NCBI GenBank assembly: GCA_036172245.1
Contig: JAYWIR010000004.1
Span: forward strand, 3,844,001-3,908,000
DNA length: 64,000 nucleotides
Reading direction: 5' to 3'
Source of the DNA: Raillietiella orientalis
Lineage: Eukaryota
Positions within the stretch are counted from its first letter, which is position 1. The number at the start of each line of letters is the position of its first letter. The position numbers and the translations under genes are program-made. Under the pieces are notes generated by a model. The model ran no database searches. It was given only the letters and a program-made list of their open reading frames with translations, and had not been told where the DNA came from. This document shows positions 52,701 through 64,000 of this stretch, piece after piece.

Positions 52701-55700
52701 TTTTCTTCCGATGGCCCAAACTTTCGAATAGAACCTTCTTCTACTTGAAAGCAGGCTTGTTTTGTTGTATCCTGTTCATCACTGTTGAGGTAATAGATCA
52801 CCTGAAGATCTGAAAATGATTCACATCAATTATGAGACAACCTGAAGTCGGATTCTGTAATGTACGTATCCTTGATCCCTCTACAACTACATGAAGTATG
52901 TGGAGACGGGCGTGGCGTGCTGATAGAGCAGCACCTATCTCTTCGAAGAATTCTTATCTCTCTTCCCTGCATACTGAATAGTCTGCATACTGCATACCTG
53001 CATAGTCTCATTGCTCATTTCTAGTAAATAGCATCTATTAGTCGCTCCTTTAACTTGGATGAGATCTCCTTATTCTCCGCCGAGTACAGATCGCTTTGTT
53101 GTAGGAAAAAAAAAAAAAACTCCATCCATGTAAAAAAAAATGACAAGATAACTGACCTCTTGGCCACGATTCATCTCTGCAACTGCCGACTGGAGCAGTG
53201 AATTCCTTGAAGTGGGAAAGAAATGGACGTCCAGTTCTCTCGCGTTTCACTGGCCGTTGCTGCCTCGCAGTTAGTGTGCCGAAAGACTTATCCCAAAACT
53301 GCATGTTTGCATCCCTGGGAAGGCTCTAGGTCATCTCGGACACACCTTTAGTGGCATGGCGCGGTTCCTAGGATGTTCGAGACGAGGCACGAAACGGCTG
53401 GTGGATTGATCCCAAGCTCCAGATCAGGAACAACTGGATAACCTGGGAGTGATATTCTCGAAAGTGCGAAACCTTGTCAATAATCTCCCGGTCCCCTCTC
53501 GAGTTAGAACATTTCCAGAAGGAAAATCTTTCCGGAGCGCATAAAAAGTATGAAACCTGACAAGTTTGGAAAGAGGGAACTTCTATCCTGCAAGTCCTTA
53601 GTGAGATGACCAACGAACCCGTCCGTGTCCCTTATGCACTTATGCACTCGATCGATTGACAGCAGACCCTTGATGATCTCCTCGCCTCAACGAAGATGTT
53701 GTTGGCACGGACCTTCTTGGAGATCAGCTGGAGCACGCGAGATCCAGCTCTTTCCTGGAAAGGATTCTGCTTCTTCCTTCTCCAGAGAGAACGAACCAAG
53801 TCGGCATCTCGGAAAGTCTATCTATGAAGACATTGTGTGACACACAATAAGAAAACTAAGAGGAGAGGTCGCCTGTCCTCGCCATCCCAGTTTCCGCATA
53901 CTGAGCAGCTACACTTTGCTCTGGATTTTCCGAAGGCCTTTGAAGCACCTGGAGATGCCTTTGCTTGCCAAGAAGCTCCCTCAGGAAGTCTTCATCTATC
54001 TTCCTATACCTGGCGTGGCTGCCTTCGAAGAAACTGAATTTTGTGTTCTTGAGGGACCCATTTGCTTCTTGTATCGTGATAATAGCAGACTGCCCTAAAC
54101 TAAGGAACCCTTAACGTGAGAATCTTCAAGAGTAGCAAGGTGACAGACTCTTGAGAATCCACATTCGAACTTGCATGGCCTTGTGGCTGCACCTCAACTG
54201 CAAGAGCAGCATTCAGGCCATCGGTCCTCCAGAGTCCGGACATTCGACTCCAAGCAATGAAGCCTACATCGCAGTAAGACCCTTTTCCTAGGTTTCTGTG
54301 GAATTAATCGAAGAGTTCAGAGCTGGGAAATGAGAGGAGCAGGGTGTGAATTAGCGGATAATCAGTCCGGAAATGTTTGGGAGAACTTCGAGGCCGCTGC
54401 TGGAGCAGCGATACCATCGTTTCTGTCTCGAAACTCCCTCTAGGTTCTCCGTACAGAGTCGTATCTACATAGAGGTAACGAGTTTACAAGAAGATGGCCT
54501 GTAGCTCTTCCAAGCTTCTTTCTTGGGAATCCAAAATTTTCGCAGTCTCTGAAATCGTGATGCACAGCTGCATTTTCAGAAGAGCTTTAGTGAATCCGCA
54601 ACCACAGGAAACCATAGCAGACCTCAAGCAATTCGATTTATTTTCTCATTCTTCGAGGTTCTTTTAGTGTTTGTTGATTCTAAAAATTTGCGACGGAACC
54701 ATGGCAGCAGAAGTGTTCTCCCACCGAGCTTTGAATGGCCGCACTCAGCCTCTCTCCATCTGTTTACAAAAGTTTTAAAATTCTTCAAAAACACTCTGAT
54801 AGCAATTCTGGAGAATTCCGTTCCATAGGATGGAGAGCGTGGTGCACCTTTGATCTTCACTATGACTCGTGATTTAAATGCCCCGTCTTCTAAGACTTTG
54901 GAGTGGGGTCCAAAAAGTTCTATTTTTAGACAGTCACATCTTGCAGGAAACAACCATGAAGGGAAAAATGCTGAATTAAAATGAATGAAATTCCTTAGAA
55001 GTAGAGAGAAACGACAGATATAATTAGATCACATAAAAAAGCATTAAGTACTGAAAACACCAGCTGTGAGCGTATGATGGTTTTCACGCTTAGACGTCAA
55101 AGATGGCTTGAAAGGACATACCAACGATCCAGTGTCTGCCGTTGAAGATTCAGAGGTCTAGAAGAAGAATAGGCCTAAACACTCGGAGTTTCCACGAGGA
55201 CGAGTCGGTGTTCTGCAAGAGAACACAGAGGATTTGGAATTATTGCCTGAGGAAGGCATACGGCGATCAGGGAAAAGGATGAAAATGAACGGACAGAAAG
55301 GGACAACTCATCATTACCTCGTTCTCAGCGTGTTGAGTGAAAACTGCTTTTTTCTGGAGGGACATTCAGAAGGTTCATCGGATAAGTGAATGCTTTTGGT
55401 TTCCACCAGGACGGCAGATCAGGAGTTGATCCAGTTATCTGGACTCAGGGAAAAAATTCCAGAGATAAGAGGTGTTCAGTAATAATAAAAAATGCTCTTC
55501 CTCCAGAATAAAAAATTCTCATCTGCTGTTTTGGAGTCTCCTAATTTTGCGGAAATTGCTCCTTTCTGAAGCCGCTCTGATGAAAGCTAGTCCGGATCTC
55601 CGGATCCATCCATCCAAGTGCGGGCTTCCTTGCTTTCGGTCCCGGCTCATTTCTTAGCAGACGCATCCCGGTATTGTCGAAATTCGTAGTTTCTCTTCAT

Positions 55701-58700
55701 TTTTGATTAAGATGATTAATGTTTGTTTCACGGCTTGTCTCCTCCTTTGGCGAAAAGAAACGTCTCGCTGCAGGCATGGCTCTCGCGAGTGGAGTGGATC
55801 AAACTTGCATTTAAGAGTTTCGGCTTCGCTCGGAATCTATGAGTGAACCACAAACCACAAACAAATTTCTGATCAGAAGTGTGGTATTTTAGCAGAATGC
55901 AGGCCACTCATGGAAAGAACTAAAAAGCAGAACCTTGGGCGTACTTAAGATTTTTAACGAAGAAGCAGCGCTACTAGAAAAAGACAAGGCAGTAATGTAG
56001 CGACCGATAATAACTATTCGTACCCTGTTATATAAACATAGCGGCTGTGGTATTCATAGCTAACTGAGACGAGAAATTTATTCCCCGAGGTTTTTGCCAC
56101 ACCTGTGTACATATGTGTATCACATGTACACATATGTGTATGTAGTATCGACTGCAGATACCCACATGAATGCAAGCTACATGATTCATCTCGTGTCATA
56201 TTTGCACCGCTCGTGTGACCTACTCACTGGTGAGAAGACAGGGGTGGGTGACTTTCAGACAAGACTTTCTTTTGCCCCCTAATCCACAAACCGCAGGAGA
56301 TCCGCAAATAGAGGCTGCTGACTCGGCATGGTCTACAACGGGGAACTATCGAGCACCTCAGACCACACAGAAGAACCACAGGAGTGAATACATGAATACC
56401 GATGATGCGGATGCATCACAGGATGCAAGTCATCTACATATACGGACCAATGCACACGTTTGCATTGGCGTTGGTAACTGTAGTCAGCATCACATACACA
56501 TGTTTACCGCATACGTGTGCATATGTTACACATGCAATGCATGAGCATCTGCAGAGCCTTCTTTTGTTCCTTTCTAGATCTATCCGAGGTTGAGAAAAGT
56601 TTTCCCCCGAAAGAGTGGCTTCCCCGTTTCCATTTGCATATGGGGAAAAAAACAATACGAAAGCTCCGTTCACTCGAAGAACCGCAAGGGAAAAAGGCGT
56701 GCTTCCGTAAGACGGGACTCGTTCCTCAACCACAGCTGACTTACCCATGCGGAATGAACGAGGTTCTATCAAAGTGTCGGGAAGACAGTCGCTATCCCGA
56801 CGCAGCTCAACGCATTGCGCATGCAAGGGAGAGTGACCTTTATGTCCCACAGCTGTGCTAACCACTGCTGGAGCTCTGAAAGGCAGGAGAAGTGCTTCCA
56901 AGTTGGAGTCTGAGAGCAGCATTTTCTCAACGACCGCAATCTGTCTTGATCAAATACCCCGGGGTGAAGCTCCTGGAACGCATACGATTCATGAGGAGAG
57001 AAAGGAGAGCTAATGGGATGTAAAGAGGAAGGACGAACCGAGCAACGGAAACCAAAGCTCCCTCTTCTCATTTTCACACTCAGTTTCGATGTCCATTTCG
57101 TAATTATCATTAATTCTCCTCCTAGTCTTGGCATTAAAATGGAAACTTACATATTGGATCCATTTCATGAATATTTTAAGGTATGAATTGATTGCTCATC
57201 CAAGCGCAATCAAGATCAAGATCAGCTACCTATTTGGCTGCTATCCTCTTGTTTTCCATGAGCATTCTCCATACGAGTTGGACCTTCACAGAGATGCTGT
57301 CCAGCTGCTGATCAATCTCAGATTTGTTTTTCTTCAACCACTTTGTAAAAGAGGATGGTAGTGGCTTTGGAAGATCTGGAGTATCCCCCTCTGATGGTTG
57401 TTTATCTTAAAGGATGCCGTAATGACCGAGAGTTGTATTAGATATACCACTAATTTGGAGCCATTCGTTTCCAGAGTTTATCTGGATACTGGACAAATAA
57501 TTGAAAGAAGGATATTTCTGTGCGCTTAGGAATGTGCAGCCATCATCTTTCAGAGCACGGCCATCACTATGACAAACGAGGGAGGGCAGCAACATCATCA
57601 GGGAAAGAGGAGGGAAAGGTGCTGTACTAGGCCAACTAAACAGAAAAAATCTTCCAGCAACCAAGAGCAAGCTATGGCGGCTCAAGATGAAGATGAAAAA
57701 AAGATAGAAGATAAAATATTTCTGGAGCAACTGTCTTTACACTGAGTGAATTTCCAAGTCGACCGTGGTCAGAAGAAGCAAACACTTCGAGAAGCCGTAA
57801 CTTTCATGCTCCCAGAGGTCACTACATCACAGAATCTCTTACATCACAATAATAGTTTCGTGCGCTTCAAGAGTTCCCAGATCCTTGGACACTGACCTGA
57901 GGAAACAGAAAGTGGATAATTGAACATAAATCTCTTCCTGAAAGAGTGTGATCGGAAGCCAAAGAGCCAGGTCGGAGTGCATTTCTCAGGGAGTCGAAAC
58001 AGACTTTACTCCTCTCGGAGCGGTGGAAATTAAAGCTCGAGGAATTCAAATAGAAACGCACGAAATTCCAGAGAGATTTTGAATGTGCCAGGGTGGGTAT
58101 CTTTCCAGTTTTCTGATATCTGAATTCTTAAGCCCTCTCGGGTTCAGCATTTGATGGCTGTCCATTAAGTACTGAGCCAGTGTGTCCAACCGTTTGGCAT
58201 GGAGCAACACGTATGCGAAGAAATATACCAAGATTCAAAACAAACGTTTGCACGGATGTGGATATCCTCATCGTTCCTTAGTTGAAAACCAAGTGGTCCA
58301 CCTAAAAGGGATCATGCATCAGAACAGACCACTGAGGTAGTAAAAGAGCGAATAATCAGTTGTATGAGAAAGCCTTTCATCACTTGAGGATTGTAGCATT
58401 CAGGTGCTTGCCTGGCGTCAAACAGGCTGCTGAGGATGGAACTGAGGAATTAGAGACGTAACTCGATGGTAGAAATGCATCCCGAGGGAGGTTGCCGTGT
58501 AAATGAGGTGAAAATTCAGTGCTTAAAGACCGAAGTCAATGGGGATTACTATGAAATTGCCAAAATCCTTAAGGAAAACACAGAGGCGGAGCACTGCCAA
58601 AGGAAATCAGAGTGCAACCCTTCCTAATAGCATCTGAGCTTCCTGAAATAGACGGTTCTGTATTCTGGAAAGCAGAAGAAAATCAATACATTCAAATTCA

Positions 58701-61700
58701 CAGGATAGCATAAACGGTCATTTAAGCCACAGTGATAATCAATGCGGCCAAAACTGCGTTGGTGTGGTTCATTCGTTGGGCGCTAATTTTGAGCCTCTTG
58801 AATATACCAGGGAAGCAGGGTGGGAATGAAAAGTATCCGTAGATGAAAAAGCCACGAAGCCAGCTGCATCTTCCGATGACGTCTCTGATAATGCCTTTCA
58901 AGATATCAGTCTGCTGAACAAGACAATTTGAGATTAGTGCATGGGGTAGGAACAGTGTCAAGAAGTTCCATGAGCATTCATACGAGCTTAGCGTGGATTA
59001 TTATAAGCCCACTGAGGAATTACGTCGCCGTTAGCAGATGCATTGCTTGACGAGGAACATAAAAATGTTGAGTGATCGAGATAAACGTTGCTACGCAGTC
59101 ATTCCCGGGAAGAGATTCATCATTTCTGGTAAACCTCGGCCACAGTTTTGCATCTTGAGGTTTTCGATGGGCTGAATTTCAACATGAACAAAATTTGCTA
59201 TAAGTGAAAATCACAGGCGCTGCTTGCGTTTCATTTGGTTTATAGTAAGTAATCCTTATGGGAATGACTTCCAGTCGCGTTCTCATCAATCATCAGGACA
59301 TTAAGAAACATCATGCAGCAGGCCCCGTACAACGTGGTGAAAAAAGAAACGGTACAGTCTTCGTATAACACGGTGAATCAGCCCCGCACAACGCTACAGA
59401 TGAATTTTGATCTTTCAGTTCCCTGTCAAAAAGGAAGCAGTCAGCTGTTTTCAAGGGAAGGGAAAAAAAAACCACGAACTCGGGATCTCAGTAGACTGAA
59501 TTCTATTTCGTTCGAATTTTCCCGAATGAAACAACGAGGTGCCCTTCTCACCGGGAATGATGGAACTGAAACTGCACGGAAGCGTTTGAAGCGAATAAAG
59601 AGCAACAACGCTCTAGAAGCCTTCCTATATATTTTAATTTTAATGACGAATTAACACTTGGAATTTTTCTCTTTGTGTTTTGAATTGGAATATCAAATAT
59701 TCTACTGTTACGTTTAGAATGCACTTTTCATCTTTTGCAAGTACTATCACATTACCCATTCATAACTTATAAGGATCATAAAAAGCGAATTCGTATTACA
59801 CGGAACGTATCATCTGCGTTAATGCGGCATCCATGAATATCATAAACATATAAAGAAGCAATAAATACACTACTGCGTACGCATAAATCAAAGCACATCT
59901 GAGGCTTCTTTTCTAAGATATGGCTATAAACTTTATAGCCTGAGTGTCATATAAAATATATTCGCCTGAATAATAATTTCAAAATGCATCTTATCTCATT
60001 TTAATCTTGCGATCTTTCTTTTTTTATTAGTTCCCATATTCCTGGATTTTGGATGAGGAATCCTATATAAATTTTAATTCAGCATATGCTCCAGAACTAC
60101 GTTTTCGCCTTACTCAGCTGTCTTCTTTGAATAGATTGAAACAAGAACAAATCAAAAGGTAGGGAAGCTGGGAGGGAAGAGGAGGATTTTCTGGGCTGAG
60201 GATGCTCAATCAGGTTGACCTAGACACCTTCGAGCTGATGTGCTCCAGATGCTTCGAACAGGATATTGCGTTCAATCGATCGTAAATTGAATTTCAGAGT
60301 CTTTTAAGAGTCGGGTATCTTGAAACCAGATCTTTTTTCTTTCTTTCTTTCTTTCTGTCTTTGTTCCTCGTCTGGAATCTCTTCTTTCTTCGAAAGCACT
60401 TGTTCCTTCTCTCTTCCATGTGAAGTGCTGCTCCTAGGTTTGGTGCACAGCGCCCTCTTTGGATAGAGCGAATAAGTAATCTCTGTCAGCAAGAGGCGAA
60501 TCTGGGAGGACACGATCAAATCACCTTTATTAATCAATAAACACAGATGAAAAACTGCACTGCTTGGGGCGATAGGACCATTCCAAAGATCGCGCTTCGT
60601 ATGGGCGAAAATCATCCTGGAAAAGGTTCCTAATGGAAAACTGATTTCTTCAAGATGCCTCGCTTCCCACAAACGCTTGAGAGCTTCTACTTCGGTGCCT
60701 GGTCCCCCGATCGGTGCAGCAATCCTTGCAAGAACGTATTGATCAACGGAGCCGAAAGTGGGTGCCACTTCTCTGTCGACCCACAAATTCGAAATTCTTG
60801 GCGGGAAAGAACGCTCGTCTAGGAAGCATCGTGGCTGACGATGAGATGAGCCGGAGCAGATTGATACTCATGGGGAGAAACGAATCTCTGGAGTGTAATT
60901 GGCAATCAGAATTCCCACTTCTTTTCTCAGGAAGGCATCCGGGTTCCGTTTGCCCTAAGAGAAAGCACCAGCACCACTCAAACAATTTCAATAATGAACC
61001 TCCTTGTTCTTCAGGTACTCCCGATTCGGCTGCAGTCCGAGTTCAAAATTACGCTTCTGCTCTCATTAAAAGTTGGTTGCGGCTGGATCTTCGTTCAAAA
61101 AGCTGAGTTCACTGTCTTCTCCTTCTTACGGATGCCTCCTCAAGAAGAACTGCTTTTTCTGAACTGGAAAAACGGGATTCCCCAAATAGTGATCCAGAGA
61201 AAGTACTGTCTCCCGATCGAGGAAGCCTTTCTTGAGGTCAGCCTGATCTTTCGCGGAATTGTCATCATGTAAAATGAAAGTTGCTTTGATCCATGTCGGT
61301 AGGAGTTGATCGGCTTCTTGCCACCTGCAAAGAAAAAGCATTATGGAAGGGAAACAGAAGCTGCTCAAGAATCGCTGGTCTAGCCAGAAAAGAGGGCGGT
61401 GCACAGGAGTGCACTCTTCTGAACTGAATTCCTATTCTTTCCCACATCTAAGAATAGAGGAGGTTTATGTGATAAGAGCCGATGGCAGCCGACGGCAACA
61501 CCCGAACCGTGTCAATGTAATATCTGAGTACATAGTAGGAATTCGGAGTTTCTGCTTTGTTTTAAGAGCAGACTCCATGCACGCGATGATCCAGAGAACG
61601 TTTAGGACTCATTCTCAGTCGAACTGGAAATTTTGTCTGTTAGGAGATTCTACTGAGCAAGGGTCTTTAGTCAGTTTGATAATGTTAACCAGCGCGCCTC

Positions 61701-62201
61701 CTTTACCTTTCTAAATGAAAGCCTTTTTAATCTAATTCGAAGCGATTTTTCATTCCATTATCTATTCCTTAGAGATTTTATACCACAGTGTCCGATCTCT
61801 AAATGGTGTTAAAAAATCCAAGTTTCGATAGATCGCTGCAAACCGAGGGTGGATTCAGTTGATAATCATTTGAGCTCAAGGACTTTAGTTCGGTCCAAAG
61901 CAAGACTTCATCCTAAAAATATCTTTTCAAGAGACTGTTTTTCATCAAGCAATAAATTGAAACTATTCGTGAGAAATCATGAAATACTTCACCGTCCTAA
62001 CAACAGATGGAAGCGTTATCATTTTGTAGCGAGAATGTTACTCGACGATTTCTGCAGGAGGATGCTTGTTCTCAAGCAAACAAGACTGCCGCATTAAGAG
62101 ACGGACCCTCCATCACTATAAGAAAATGGAGCATTTTTCATGCTTCTTCACGGAGAGGAAAGAAAGTCTGCAACAAACAAATACGATTCATTCGGAAGTA
62201 C

Positions 62202-63150
62202 ATGGACTTCACCGTTTTTATGCTTCTTCTTCTGGCAGTAGCCCAGGGAATCAGTAGAGTGGGCGGGAAGAGCTCACAAAACCTTGAGTGCTTTCCATTC
62301 TTGAGTGGAAAGGTCAAGTGTGAGCAGTGCCGCCGCATTCATCGACTGCAAACTTTTGCTTCCAGCAGAGGACCTCCGCCATGTAGGAGTAGCTCAGTTG
62401 CTTTTGAGATTCTGCAGCACCGTCTCTTCGAACAGCTCACTCATACTCAAAGCAAGAAGTTTCGTAGGTTCCAGAGTTTGAGGGCTCGTGGTTTAGCAGG
62501 CCACTTTCCACAAAACAAAGCTTCAGTCAAGCGATCCATCATCTCTCAAAGCTCCTGAGTAACTGAAAGGAGGAAAGAGAGACCTTACTGGCAAAGCAGA
62601 TGGAGAACTCACTGCAAAGAATGAAGAGCTGTGTGGATGCTCAACATATAAGATGATTCCTTCGGAATTCAACAGCTTCCATGCTGAAGGTCGAAGGAAA
62701 TTTCCAAATGACGGATCAAAACTGCTAAACACCTCCCAGTGTGGAAATGAAGGACACGTTAGGGAATCCACATCTTCAGATTTTGATCTCCCTGGAAGAA
62801 TACTGCCTTCGACAAAGGCAAAGCCAAAAATGGAAAGTGAGTTTTCTGAATTCTCTTTTGCTGAAGCTGCCATTTTCTAGCGTATCCTGCATTCGAGAGT
62901 GTATTTCTCTTACCCTTGGATCCAAGGAATTTGGACGAATTGTGGAACCGCTCGCTTGAGATGAAACAATTCTGTGAGTGAGTTTCCCGAGCTTTTTCCC
63001 CACCTTTTTCTCTTTGAGTGCTTTCCAGATGAAGATGTTCCCCAGTCCGAGGCAGCTGTATCCCCAGTGGTAAGAGTTATCTGGAACAAGACCCTAAATG
63101 TGAGTGGAACTTTCAGTTGCCCACCTGGATCTCCCAGAATATCTTAAAAA
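62202..63150 (+). pseudogene. Possible decayed gene for a secreted (LRR-like) protein
   Basis: Signal-peptide-like MDFTVFMLLLLAVAQG at 62202, then cysteines. LRR-like fragments (FEILQHRLFEQLT; SLTLGSKEFGRIVEPLA) lie in different frames. Well-formed short intron GTGAGT...pyrimidine tract...TTCCAG at 62974-63028. Multiple stops. Confidence 0.25.
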
Positions 63151-64000
63151 AAATAGGAACATTTGGTCGAAAACTAGTGATTCTCGAAAAAAAAAAATCA
63201 GGATCGGATGTGTTTTTGCTTTTTTTTGTCTTTTTTGACCTTCAGCTCAGAGATTTACGCAACGGAACTTTGGATGCTGTTTAAACGCAGATTCCCAACC
63301 CTTTGCTCTGCCGAGTGGCAGATTCGAACTGGATTACAGATTTCAGCAGCAGACGAATCACCCCCTTTCGCATCTGGTATGCTCCTGTTCAATTATGTTT
63401 CCAACAATTCCGGTAGGGATGAATCGACCAACTAAGATGGCTTATTAGATGTCTTTGGAGATGATCAGAACAAAGCACAAGGTTTCCGGTCCTAAAGCAT
63501 CACTGGAGAAGCAAATTGGAGGTTTCTACTCTTTGCATGCCTCCTGGGTGAGAACGGAAATGAGCTTCTTACGTGCTTATTCGGAGATTCGAGGAAGCCA
63601 TTACTCTATTTGACTCTTAATGGCATTCAAGACCATGGAACCCATGGAGATGACTACCGTTAACCTTTTTTCACGAGAAGAATTTTCCAGAAGATTATGG
63701 ATAAACCTAAGAGTTTCTCGTGACAGAACCGTTCAACGAATCTACATGCAAAGCGGGAATACCTGTTCCTGATACAGCAGCTTGCGAATGCATTTTCGGC
63801 ACACGATCTTAGCTCAAGACATCCGCTCCTCCAGACTTTCTGCATTCCTGGCATGCTTTCCCCTTCCTGCTTTCCGAATGCAAGTGTTAGTTTCCCTTAT
63901 GAAAGTTCAATGGAGCTTTTTTAAAATTAGCGTTACAAGGAAGTTTCCAGAAACAGTTCACAGGATAGGTGGTTCCTATTCAAAGTTGTTCCAGAAGAAG

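Noticed and set aside
57254..58986. Shared TTCCATGAGCATTC..ATACGAG (57254 and 58965) with vague RT-like phrases on the minus strand; similar vague phrases near 30070-30150 and 49900-50040
   Set aside because: Too short or degenerate to call by eye; probably more old LINE debris.
60304..60991. FVGRQRSGT (sulfotransferase loop-like) and GGPGT (Walker-A-like) strings on the minus strand
   Set aside because: Isolated short matches: the first is followed by a stop within a few codons and the second lacks GK[ST].
1..64000. CRISPR arrays, tRNA/rRNA genes, prokaryotic operons or defence systems
   Set aside because: No regularly spaced repeats, cloverleaf or rRNA signatures, or dense coding were seen; the sequence looks eukaryotic.

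Overview
Gene-poor eukaryotic (arthropod-type) genomic DNA, not prokaryotic; I saw no operons, rRNA, tRNA or CRISPR array. One gene is well supported: an intact 7TM class A GPCR of the sex peptide receptor / myoinhibitory peptide (allatostatin-B) receptor family at 43410-44567 (+). It has a splice acceptor just upstream and an AATAAA just downstream. Most other ORF-track entries look like noise. The rest is intergenic or intronic DNA with microsatellites and decayed non-LTR retrotransposon remnants. The clearest remnant is an L1/Tx1-like ORF2 relic at about 46690-49320, with RT motifs in order and a CX2[stop]X7HX4C zinc knuckle. The most unusual observation is that this relic and a distant fragment at about 6444-6955 end in the same module, AATAAACGCCCCGGCG plus a short GC stem-loop, with no poly(A) tail. 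All TE and pseudogene calls come from reading motifs by eye across stops and frameshifts and need profile searches. The species cannot be determined from this window.
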